Shown here: in pieces, positions 12,707-23,924 of the stretch | How the letters are laid out: each line of letters opens with the position of its first letter | How positions within the stretch are numbered: position 1 is the first letter of the stretch | Assembly (NCBI RefSeq): GCF_964213995.1 | Contig: NW_027590443.1 | Coordinates: 1-64,000 of the forward strand | Direction: 5' to 3' | From: Mustelus asterias | Taxonomy: Eukaryota | DNA length: 64,000 bases | Position numbers and translations under genes: made by a program | Notes under the pieces: generated by a model | What the model was told of the DNA's origin: nothing | Database searches by the model: none | What the model saw: only the letters and a program-made list of their open reading frames with translations

Positions 12707-15700
12707 GTTTTTCTTCATTTCTTCATGGGCTGCGATTATCACTGGCTGGGCGAGAACTTATTGCCCATTCCTCAGGGCATCTAAGAGTAAAGCACACTGC
12801 TGTGCATTTGCAAAGCCCAGACCAGACAAGGATGACAGATTTTCTTCCATGAAAGGATATTAGTGAATCAGATGGTTTTTACAAAAGTTTCATGGTCATC
12901 ATTAGACTTGTAATTCCAGATCTCTGTTGAATTCAGGCAATTAGATTTGCTAGAGTGACTCAGGAGGGTTTAAACCAGTATGACAGGGGGGTGGGAAGCA
13001 GGAGAAATAACTGAGGGACAGCTACAGACAAAGGCCTGTAAGACTAAGAGGAAGAGCAGGCAAGGAGTAGTTGATGAACACAGCGGGACTGCTGGTCTGA
13101 AGTACATTTGTTTCAATGCGAGGAGCATAACAAGACAGACAGATGAATTTAGAACGTGGATTAGTACTTGCAACTCTGATGTTGTTGCTGTTAGAGACTT
13201 GGTTGAAAGGGGAGCAGGATTGGCAGCTGAACAATCCAGGGTTTAGAGGCTTCAGGCAGGATAGAGGGGGATATAAAAGGGGTGGGGGAGTTGCATTACT
13301 GCTTAAAGAGAATATCACAGCTATACTGAAGGAGGGTTCAGGCAGCGAGACAATATGGGTAGAGCTCAGGTATAGGAAGGGTGCAGTCACAATATTGGGA
13401 GTTTATTACAGGCCTCCCAACAGCCAGCAGGAGATAGAGGAGCAGATATGTGGACAGATTTTGGAAAGATGCAAAAACAACAGGGTTGTTGTGGTGGATG
13501 ATTTTAACTTTCCCTATATTGACTGGGACTCACTTAGTGCTAGGGGCTTGGATGGGGCAGAATTTGTAAAGAGCGTCCAGGACAGTTTCTTGAAACAGTA
13601 TGTAAATATCCCACTCAGGAAGGAGCCATATTGGACCTAGTATTGGGGAATGAGCCTGGCTAGGTGATCAAAGTTTCAGTAGGAGTGCATTTCAGGAACA
13701 ATGATCATAACTCCGTAAGTTTTAAGGTGCTTGTGGATAAGGACAAGAGTGGTCCTCGGGCGAAGGTGTTAAATTGGGGAAAGGCCAACTACGACAACAT
13801 TGGGCAGGATCTGAAGAGTTCAGATTGGGGGAGACTGCTTAAAGGTAAATCAACATCCAACGTGTGGGAGTCTTTCAAATGCCAGTTGATTGGAACTCAG
13901 GACTGGCATGTACTTGTGAGGATGAAGGATAAGTGTGGCAAGTATCAGGATATCCCTGGATAATGAGGGATATTATGAGCTTTGTCAAAAAGAAAAAGGA
14001 AGCATTCGTAAGGTCTAAAAAGGCTCAAGACAGATGAAGCCCTTGAAGAATATAAAGAAAGTTGAAACGAACTTAAGGAAACAGTTAAGAGGGCCAAAAG
14101 TGGTCATGAAAAGTCCTTAGCAAACAGGATTAAGGAAAATCCGGAGGCATTTTATACGTATGTAAAGAGTAAGAGGATAGCCAGGGCAAGGGTTGGTCCA
14201 CTCAAGGATAGTGGAGGGAATCTATGCATGGAGCCAGAGGAAATGGACAAGATACTCAATGAATACTTTGCCTCAGTATTCACCAAAGAGAAGGACTTGG
14301 TGGATGAGCCTAGGGCAGGGTGTGTAGATATTCTGGGTCATGTCAATATCAAAAAGGTGTTAGGCATCTTAAAAAAACATTAAAGTAGCTGAGTCCCCAG
14401 GGCCTGATGGAATCTACCCCAGAATACTGAGGGAGGCAAGGGAGTAAATTGCTGGGCCCTGGACAGAAATCTTTGTATCCTCATTGGCTACAGGTGAAGT
14501 TCCAGAGGACTGGAGGACAGCCAATGTTGCTCCATTGTTTAAGGGCAGCAGGGATAATCCAGGAAATTATAGACTGGTGAGCTTTACGCCAGTGGTAGGA
14601 AATTATTGGAAAAGATATATGAGACAGGATTTACTCACATTTGGAAACAAATGAACTTATTAGTGATAGACAGCATGGTTTTGTGAAGGGGAGGTCTTGC
14701 CTCACTAATTTGATCAAGTTTTTTGAGGAAATGACAAAATGATAGATAAGGGAAAGGCAGTGGATGTTGTATACATGGACTTCAGTAAAGCCTTTGACAA
14801 GGTACCTCATGGTGAAGTCACACAATATCAGAGGAGAGCTGGCAAGATGGATACAACACTGGCTTGGGCGTAGAAGACAGAGGGTAGCAGTTGAGGGATG
14901 CTTTTCTGAATGGAAGGTTGTTACTAGTGGTGTTCCACAGGGATCAGTTCTGGGACCTTCGTTGTTTATAGTATATATAAACGATTTGGAGGAAAATGCA
15001 GCTGGTCTGATTAGTAAGTTTGCAGATGACACAAAAATTGATGGAGTTGCGGATAGTGAAGAGGATTGTCAGAGGATACAGCAAGATATAGATCAGTTAG
15101 AGACTTGGGCAGAGAAATGGCAGATAGAGTTTAATCCGAACAAATGTGAGGTATTGCATTTTGGAAGGTCCAACATATATAGGAATTATACAGTAAATGG
15201 TAGAATCCTTAGGAGTATTGACAGGCAGAGAGGTCTGGGCGTACATGTCCACCGATCACTGAAAGTGGCAATGCAGGTGGATAAGGTAGTCAAGAAAGCA
15301 TACAGCATGCTTGCCTTCATTGGTCAGGGCATTGAGTACAAAAATTGGCAGATCATGCTGCAGCTGTACAGAACCTTGGGTCTCATTTGGAATAGTGTAT
15401 ACAATGCTGGTCGCCACAATACCAGAAGAATGTGGATGCTTTGGAGAGAGTACAGAAGAGGTTTAACCAGGATGTTGCCTGGCCTGGAAGGTATTAGCTA
15501 TTAGGAGAGGTTGGATAAACTCGGTTTGTTCTCACTGGAACAATGGAGGTTGAGGAGTGACCTGAGAGATGTTTACAAGATTATGAGTGGCATGGACAGA
15601 GTGAATAGTTAGATGCTCTTTCCTAGGGTAGAAAAGTCAAGTACTAGGGGACATAGGTTTAAGATGCGTGGGGAAAAGTTTAGAGGAGATATGCGAGGCA

Positions 15701-16035
15701 AGTTTTTTTTTTAATCAGAGGGTGGTGAATGTCTGGAACGCGCTGCCCGGGGAGGTGGTGGGAGCAGGTACAATAGCAGCATTTAAGGGGCATCTTGACG
15801 AATATATGAATAGGATGGGAATGGAAAGATATTGACTCCATAAGTACATATGATTTTAGTTTAGGCAGGAATCATGATTGGCACAGGCTTGGAGGGCCGA
15901 AGGGTCTGTTCCTGTGCTGTACTGTTCTTTGTTCTTTACCATCTGCCATAGTAGGATTCAAACCCAATTCCCCAGGGTATTACCTTGGATTTCTGGATCA
16001 CTAGTCCAGTGATAATACCACTATACCACTGCGTC
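12707..16035 (-). mobile_element. tRNA-derived SINE split by a CR1 insertion (parts about 12707-12935 and 15936-16035)
   Basis: tRNA-like head on the minus strand (gtggtatagtggtattatcactggactag...gggtttgaatcctactatggcagatggt); flanked by the TCCTGTGG target duplication. Confidence 0.65.
12936..15935 (+). mobile_element. Decayed CR1 LINE: end of ORF1 plus entire ORF2 (APE endonuclease and RT) with stops and frameshifts
   Basis: LKYICFNARSI, ETWLK, GVYYRPPNS, DFNFPYIDW, GVPQGSVLGP, SKFADDTK; ttctttg tail. Confidence 0.93.
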
Positions 16036-16963
16036 TCCTGTGGTACTGCCACTAGTCACCGCCTTCCATTCCAAATAAGACCCATTTATTCCTTTTCTGC
16101 TTCCTGTCTGCTAACCAATTTAAAATCCATGCCAGTATATCGTTGTTTCCCAGTATATTACCCCTAATCCCATGCGCTTTAATTTTGCACACTAACCTAT
16201 TTTATGGGACTATATCAAAAACTCAAATTCCAAATTCACCACATCCACTAGTTCTCCACTATCTTTTCTATTAGTTGCTCTTAAAACTGTACTCTAACTC
16301 TTAAAATATTACGCTGATCTTTTGCTACACCCTATAGCTATGACTATAACACCATATTCTGCACCCTCTCCTTTCCTTCTCCCCTATGTACTCTTACGGA
16401 TGGTATGTTTTGTCTTTATAGCGCAAGAAATAATACTTCTCACTGCATCCCAATACATGTGAAAATAAACTAACTTCAGTAAGCTTGTCAAACATGATTT
16501 CCCTTTCATAAATCCATGTTGACATTGTCTAATCCCATTGATATTTTCTAAGTGTCTTGTTATCATATTCTTTATAATTTACTAGCATTTTCCCTACTAA
16601 TGATTTGAAACTAACTGGTCAGTAATTCTGTTTTCTCCATCCCTCCTTTCTTAACTAGTGGTTTTAAATTTTCCATTCTCCAGTCTGCTGGGACTGTTCC
16701 AGAATCTATAGAAATTCATAACAATTATCATGTTTCTTTCAACACCAGTGTGCAAGAGATTAAAACGAACAAAACTGAATAGATTTTCTGGAGTTAAGGA
16801 CAGTTATATAAAAATTCCCCATTTTAAAAACAGCAGTTTTCATTACTTACTCAGATGAACGCTCCATTCTAACAAACTAGTTAGTGCAATAAAAGAAAGA
16901 AAATATCAAGCTTAATCTGGTCAAACAACAATGAAAGCACAGTTCAGTAATTCAATGTTGTAC

Positions 16964-17110
16964 CTGTGTTGAAGTTGGACCCTGCTGAGCAACATGCATC
17001 TGGGTCTGACTTATAGACAGGGCCTGGGGTTGAGGAACTACTTGGCCTGGAACTGAGCCAGTGGGTCCTATCTGTGCAAGTGAATACTGCACAGGCTGCT
17101 GCTGTACTAT
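16964..17110 (-). CDS. WNK1: WNK1 exon 10 equivalent (IVQQQPVQYSLAQIGPTGSVPGQVVPQPQALSISQTQMHVAQQGPTSTQ)
   Basis: Long CT tract ending ccccag|ATA, donor CAG|GTACAA, 147 nt, phase 0-0; QQ.VQYSL.Q matches human QQTVQYSLSQ. Confidence 0.85.
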
Positions 17111-18678
17111 CTGGGGAGAGAGGGGGAGAGAGAGAAAAATCCGATATCATACCTGCAAATACATCTTGCTCAGTGTAATTTAGCCAGAATAAACATCCTC
17201 AAATAGACTTTTTCAACTGAACTTGGAAAGATGGTCAAAATATAAACATGAAGAATTTGATCATCTTTCATCTGTATAATTTCCAAAACACTCTTCTCCC
17301 ACAGCACACACCTAGTCTTTAGAACATAAATACTGAGATGCCCAAAGACCAACTGGACCACTTACTGCACTTACAAGCATCCTTTCAATGAGGCACTAGC
17401 CGTGCAGTCAGGCAACCTGCCCTTTATCAAATTAAAACGCATGCAACACCAGCCTTGGTAAAATCGCAAGATTTTGCAACTTTGAAAGCATTCTGCGGTC
17501 TCAGCTCAGTCTCCCTGACAGTGTATTTATTTAACATTTGAAAATTATCTATGGTGAGTTATGCTTGTGATAAAGTGCAACATTAGAATATTCTCCTCCT
17601 CCATTCCCTCCCACAGAGTACTTGTGGGAGCATTATTGGCCCAGATTTTGGAGTCAGCAGCAAAGGGTGCTCACCACTGACTTCAAAGCAGGCCTGAGAG
17701 ATTTGGTGATCTCATGGACAAGACTTGAATTTATTTGGCATGCAACGGATTGTTGTGTTTTTTAATTGGAATTCCTAGCATCCAGCTTCAGTGATGTTGT
17801 CAAGCTATTCACACAGCTAACCAGTAAACGAAAAACGTAAGCAAATAACTTCATAAAATGTACAGGAAGTGACAAAGATTGGAATATGCACATGGGGTTA
17901 AGCTTAAAGCTGATTTATCATGTACAAACCTTAAAGAAAACTAATGTTTCATAATAAAGATATTTAGAAAATTCAACAAATATGAAGTTAATTTCTCAGG
18001 GACAGATAAGCTGTTCAGCAGGAGTTATTACTTGGATCAAGTTATACTCAGTAATTGAACAAGCTTTTTTCTAATATACAGGCTAACAGTGACATAAGGA
18101 ACGTTCTCACATCATCAACTGACTTCACTGATGTTGGACATAGGTGTGTGTCTGCATGCATTATAGGGCACAGAGCAGCCTGTGGTAGAGCAGTGAATGA
18201 CAGACTGCAATGTAGCATTTCCCTGTTAATGTGCACCTATGCTAAATCCTGAAATGGCTGTCAGAATGCTGACAATTCACTGTCAAAATGCTGACAGTAT
18301 ACTGTCAAACGGCCTGCAAATCCGAGGCCATTGTTCCAGCTTTGGATAGCAGAAGCCAATCAAATGGAACTTAAATCAAGTTGCACTAGGTCATAAGGAA
18401 ATTTCATACAATATACTTACCTAGCAAATGCCCATAAATCAATACCATTTGGTCTAAGTAAAGACAGCCCTGTTAACAAATAGACAAGCTGCAATCTGTA
18501 CCTACTTATAGTCTTAGTATAATAAACACAAGCTTTTGAAAACAAAGGAACAGGTATTTTTGACGAAAAGAAAAGAACTCAAACTTTAAGCATGGACTCT
18601 GCTGCATTGTTGAGTGTGACAACTGTGCATACACAACCAAAGGGGGGCAAAATGATTAAGAAGAATGAAATTCTCTAC

Positions 18679-18714
18679 CTGTGGAAGATACGTTGGGGTG
18701 TAGTAACTGCCAAA
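18679..18714 (-). CDS. WNK1: Candidate 36-nt WNK1 microexon (FGSYYTPTYLPQ)
   Basis: Pyrimidine-rich acceptor ttgtttcttgtag|, donor CAG|GTAGAG, 12 codons without a stop, phase 0-0; no homology support that I can recall. Confidence 0.5.
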
Positions 18715-19040
18715 CTACAAGAAACAAACATAACAAAGTATGAGACACAGTACCAGCTGAAAGACAGTCCTATCAATCTAACTAAAAACTGAAATTAGAG
18801 AAGCCAGGAGAAATATTTTATCAGAAAGAACAAAGTGAAAAAGCCAAATTCTCATCACAAGTCTCTCTCCTGGAATTTCCCAGTTCGTTCTCAGCTATGA
18901 AAATGAAACTGGATTTTTTTTGCCAACCACACTAGCAACTTGCCAATCTACCACCAGACTTCTTGAATAGTTGTCCCTAGTACAAGACTCAATTGCAAAT
19001 TTATCCTTACATGCCACTCCTTGTAGCACCTGATTATTAC

Positions 19041-19145
19041 CTTGTTTGTCTGCTGTATGGATCCTGGTGGGGGTTGTGGGGGTGCCTGCTGAGACGTCAC
19101 AGTCAGAGGAAGGCTGGTAGGAGGCGGCTGACTCTGCATTTGGAC
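19041..19145 (-). CDS. WNK1: WNK1 exon 9 equivalent (VQMQSQPPPTSLPLTVTSQQAPPQPPPGSIQQTNK)
   Basis: aagcag|GTC tandem acceptor (19148 or 19145), AAG|GTAATA donor, phase 0-0, Gln/Pro-rich and in the expected position after HSN2. Confidence 0.78.
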
Positions 19146-19725
19146 CTGCTTGATATTTAGACATGACAGAATTAATCCATGACACGAATATTATATGCAA
19201 GGGAAGTATCTCCTGAATTAATCAGGCATTTAGGTTGGATGATTATACACACTCAGATCAGCTGTACCCTACACAAATTCAGTGATTAAGTCAATTACGA
19301 TTAAATAAATTTTATTACAATTTTAAATGGGAGCTATTATTTCTGAATAGAGTAGGATACCCTCCTCACTGATTCAGCTCAAACATTATAAATAACTTTA
19401 TAAAAATTTCAACATTTAATTGAACTGAATAATTTCTTTCGAACACTACAGAATCTGAAGCATCTAAATTAGAAGCTTTTAGTTGAAACAAAATGACTAA
19501 TTTATGCAAGTCATGGAGCAATAGAAACTACTCCTAATTTGCAGGCTGCTATGCAATTTTTCCAGTAATCAAATTTGCCTTGTTAAACACTAAACACACT
19601 TCAGCAAAAGGCATGAACACCTGAAACTCAAGTACCAAAGGTAGACTGTGCCCATCTGCAGAACTGTGATCCAGTGGCAAGTTCTGCTGGGATGAAACAG
19701 GATGGGACCAGGATCCTTCCATGAC

Positions 19726-21183
19726 TTGAAGATACAAGCCAGCTGTTCCTGAAGTTGCTGGAAAGGGCTCAGTGTTGGTCAGCATTAACATAGGTGGTTG
19801 TGCGGCTAGTGAAACAGGCACACCTTGCAATGTTTCATAATGCATGCCATGCTTCTGCAAAACCTGTTGTTGCTCGCAATACAATGATAAACCGGAGTAT
19901 GGTGCCAGGAAACCCAAAGGTGGTGGTGACTGGAACTCTCTGGTCTCTGAGGAAGTCGACTGACCAGAGTCACTTGAACACTGTGGACTAAGATTCTGAG
20001 GAAGTTCTTCTGACACTGGCTGCCTGCTTCGCAGGTGGTCACCTGGTAGTACCACAGTATCAGAACTAAAATAAACCACCTGCTCTTCAGTCACCGGCTG
20101 AAGCCTGCTGTACACTCCAGTCCCTTGATTGTCCTCCAGGCTTAGATCCATTGAAGCCCGCCGATTTCTGTAAATTCTGTGAGTTAATGGTGGAACAGGA
20201 ATGTGGATATCATTACTTTCCACCTGTACTGCAGGAACTTGAAATTCAAAGATCGACCCTGTTCTGCTCTCATTTACCTGTGCAAGAATAGGAGGTGCAG
20301 AATGAGGGACAGTCAAATGCTGAACAGTTAGCATTGTATTAGCATTTTCAACAGGATTTCTTGCGAAAACACTTGTCAGCGCAGGTTCACTTTGAACATC
20401 TTTATCTTCCTTTAAGGGTAGAAACACTTTACCGGTCAGTGGAAATACTGCCTGTGGGTCTCCAACCTTCCAATGTTGTCTATGCTTCTGCATCATGTCC
20501 TGTGTCATTTGAAGATGAGAAGCTAAGTTTGAAATTTGAGCTGGTACTGTACGAGAAGTCACCTGCACCATTTGAGGCATTTGACCCATCACATTTTGTA
20601 TTGGGCAGGGCAAAAAATTCTGACCACTCTGGGATTCCTCACAACTCGAGGGCTGGGAATAATTCTGTTGCTGCTGTAGATTTACTTCTGTTGGAATTCG
20701 ATGCAAAGGAAATGTACAAGATGAAACGTCATTGTAAGTTACTGCCTCGTATGGATCCTGCGAAGTTTGCTGTAACTTCACACAACATGGATACATTGTT
20801 GGGTGACACAAAAGTGGAATTTCCTCAAACTGACCCGATCTTGACCTGTTTTCAAAAAAGGCATGGATTTGTTCTGCTTGCACCTGACCTTCACTGGCAG
20901 ATCTATGAGTAACCAAACCCATCATGGTTGCGTTTTCAGCATTCCAACTTGCAAAATCACCAGCAGAAGGAACATTTTGACCTATGGTCTTCAGTATTGG
21001 CTGAAAATGGTGAGTGTGGGCTTCCAGGATGGAAGTACTTTTGCGGCGTTGAGCATTAGCAACGTTCAGAGAAAAACTTGGTGGTGGTGAAAAAGAAAAT
21101 GGTCGTTCAGGAATAGATGGATATGAAACGGTCTCTGGTAGTGATGGAACTCCCCCACAAGGATGCACTAGAGATGGGGACTG
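19726..21183 (-). CDS. WNK1: WNK1 HSN2 neural exon (large Pro/Ser/Gln-rich cassette)
   Basis: Lies in the 547-aa ORF 19549-21192, with HSN2 motifs HPCGG, ERPFSFSPPP, QRRKSTSILEAHTHHFQP, VPHSAPPIL, RIYRNR, LQPVTEE and FQSPPP. Tandem acceptor AAG|CAG (start 21183 or 21180). The donor is uncertain: CAA|GTCATG at 19726 (homology-based) or CAG|GTGTTC at 19621, both phase 0. Confidence 0.88.
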
Positions 21184-22257
21184 CTTTAACATGAAGACAA
21201 AAATCTCAAATCAGAGTCGGGAAAATTAAAAATTCATCAGAAAATGAGCTTTTGTTTGAATTTCACTAATTACATTACAGAACAACAATAGCAAAAGAAT
21301 TCGACAAACACAGAAGACATTTAAAAGAACTGAATGAATGCATTAAACACATCCGTGGGCACAAGTTTTACATTAAAGTGCAGCATTTAAATTCCATCTG
21401 CACGTGAAGAGATTTATTTCTTGCAAGTTTACATCTAAAACGGAATGCCAAAAGTACTAGGAATGAATGATTTGATCCAGAAGTAAGTATTGCCGTACAG
21501 TAAGTAAGAGGACAGCCGATTGAATATTTTCACCGGACTTCAGAATGAAAAGACCCATCTGTCTAACAGTTCCGGAGGACTCCACAGAAAGGAATTAAAA
21601 TTTGTTGCTATTACATAGGTATATTCTGCCAACAAACTTTTGTATTCTGCCAGATGAATTATATGTATTTAGGCCAAAAACGTCAAAGTACTTATGGATT
21701 AGGCCAAAACTCTTTCAAATTAACCATTCAAAAAAAATAATTTCAGACACCATACTCTACTAAGTAGTTATAGCAGCCAATTATGTGAGGATAAAAGTTT
21801 TGAAAAAGAAAATGAATATTTTGTTCCAGTAGGAAGTAGTATTTCTCTAAATTTTATGATGACTTTGCTCGATATCACAGGTAAACTGGTAATGTGGTTA
21901 TAAGCAGCATTGCTTATTCCAAGTAGTAGATAATTCCTGAAGGATGTAGAATTGCTCCAGGTGGTTTGTATAAATGTGACAGTTAAATATAAGATTTTAC
22001 AACATTACATTTTCCCATTTTAAATTCTGCCCAAATGGTTGGATCATTTAATTAAATACATAAAATTGTGAATCAAGGTACATTTCAATTTCATCAAAGC
22101 TTGCCTACACATCCCACTTCCAAAAAGCAGAATTGGTAGCTAAGACTGAAAATACCAATATAACATCGAACTAAATCTCATCTTAATTGTAAAACTAAGT
22201 GCCCAGAACAGTTTGTATTTAATGACAACTTATCCTCATGAGTCACAGACAACATAC

Positions 22258-22509
22258 AGGGTTGAAACTAATACACGGAAGGCTGGAGCGGCGCAGTTTG
22301 CGTGGAGGAGCTGAGTGCATAGGGAGGATACTTTCCAATGCTTTTGACAGTTTTTCTGCAAAGGTTTCTTCAGGGATAGTCCAAACAGGTGGGAAGAGAG
22401 GTGCAGAGAGAACTGGTGGCGGAGTGAAGGATAGTCTAGGAATGTAGGGTGAATCGGGGATGGTGGAAAGGTGGGGAACACATACAGACATGCTACGACC
22501 TCGTTGAAG
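22258..22509 (-). CDS. WNK1: WNK1 alternative exon 8b (LQRGRSMSVCVP...PEETFAEKLSKALESILPMHSAPPRKLRRSSLPCISFNP)
   Basis: ttttag|CTT acceptor, CCT|GTATGT donor, 252 nt, phase 0-0; shares RGRSMSVCVP and PEETFAEKLSKALES.LPMHSA..RK.RRSSLP with mammalian exon 8b. Confidence 0.9.
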
Positions 22510-23754
22510 CTAAAAGAAAATGAAGAAATAAATAAAAGAAAAATAAATAACACTTATCAACTGACCCACAGTAAACGGGATGTCAACATGTACACGAGAC
22601 GAACTCAGCTGTTTTGAATGTAGCATTCATTATGACATTTTGTAAATGAGCGCTAGAAAGAAATGAAATGGGGTGTTGTGCACTGTGATGACGCAAATTC
22701 CCTTCAACTTCATGAAAAATGAGTTGGCTAGAACCTGAAGTCCATGTATTTGAAGAAATTTAGCTGCACAGGACACATTGAGGCAGCTATTTTACTGCTA
22801 CTGGTGCAGATTAACTGGTTAGAATTAGCACTACATAAGTCTCAACCAAATATACCAACATTGATCCTACAGATGTTATTAAGTTTACTACTGGTCAGTA
22901 TTAGATTGTATCCAAGAATATCCAAAAAGAGAAAAGAAAATCCAATGCGCACTTTTTGGATAGAAGAATAAAGTACTGCAAGCAGCCTGCAAACTCCGTC
23001 TGACACCAATAAAGGTACATTTCGAAATTTTAAAAATGCAAGGGTTACAGGGTGGATCACAATTTGCATGAGGGTGGATGAAAGGTTTATGCATATAAGC
23101 AGGATTGATATCGATAAAATGTCACGTGCTTCAGTCAATAATGCATTAAAATGCATCTACATGCCAGAAGAATGTCATATTTTCAGCAATAAAGCTCCAC
23201 ACCATCAAGTCCACAGGCACCTTATACACCTTTCAATATTGTTACTGTACCATGTTTTGACATTGTGTTTTAACTAATTCACTGCAACATTACTCTTCTA
23301 GGAGTTTGAATAAATACAGGGCATCACAATTATCACAAGGACTATATTTTACCTCTGGACATTACCACTGGTGCCTTTGGTGTTAAGTGTGCAAGCTTCA
23401 ACCTCAAAGAAAATGTAGCAAATATGAGATAAATAAACTCTAGTTATGAAGGTGAAAAATAGTTTCAGGTCAGACAAATTCAAGAAAAATACTCAACAGC
23501 ACCTTCGCCAGTGTACAAGTTGATGGTGGAAACTATTTAAGGTAATTTCAAAGTAAACAGAATTTCTTTTAAGTTAGTTACATAATAAAATTACATACAA
23601 ACTGATATAGAAAGTTACAGAGGAAATGGTAAAAAGTATTTTGAAACAACCAAGGCTGTTCAAACCTATGCTATAAATACATCAAAATGCTCGAGTCAGT
23701 TTCATGGATTTACAAATACTGTTTACTAAGGAGCATCCAGCCCAATGTACTTAC

Positions 23755-23924
23755 CCCTGTAGGCTGCTGAAGGCCACCAAGCTGCTGAGATGTTGACTGG
23801 GCATTTGGAGGCACCTGGCTTGATGAAATATGCTGTTCTTGAGCAGAACCATAAGAAACAGTTTGACTGCCATAGGAATCTGAAAATCCAGATGAACTCT
23901 GGCCACTGTCAAACGTGCCATCAG
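23755..23924 (-). CDS. WNK1: WNK1 exon 8 (SDGTFDSGQSSSGFSDSYGSQTVSYGSAQEQH...)
   Basis: T-tract with gtttag|CT acceptor, GGG|GTAAGT donor, 170 nt, phase 1 to 0; resembles human SDGTVDSGQGSS...TVSYGSQHEQ. Not in the supplied ORF track. Confidence 0.93.

Larger units (their letters stand above)
11945..16710 (-). mobile_element. Older CR1 fragment split by nested insertions (parts about 11945-12706 and 16036-16710)
   Basis: ISKFTDNTKLGG and QHGFMKGKSCLT remnants; the RT sequence resumes after an 8-bp duplication TCCTGTGG. Confidence 0.75.

Noticed and set aside
16944-17150. 68-aa ORF MISDFSLSPP...
   Set aside because: Wrong frame; it overlaps exon 10 and its acceptor tract
18421-18453. Strong donor TAG|GTAAGT with a nearby upstream AG
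   Set aside because: In-frame stops and a poor pyrimidine tract; probably chance
20361-20912. 183-aa plus-strand ORF antisense to HSN2
   Set aside because: Shadow ORF of a coding exon with a non-ATG start and no recognisable features
23353-23402. Possible small exon between exon 8 and 8b (50-nt version, or 30-nt LAHLTPKAPV at 23366-23395)
   Set aside because: The strongest donor gives a frame-shifting length, the in-frame version needs weaker sites, and there is no homology support
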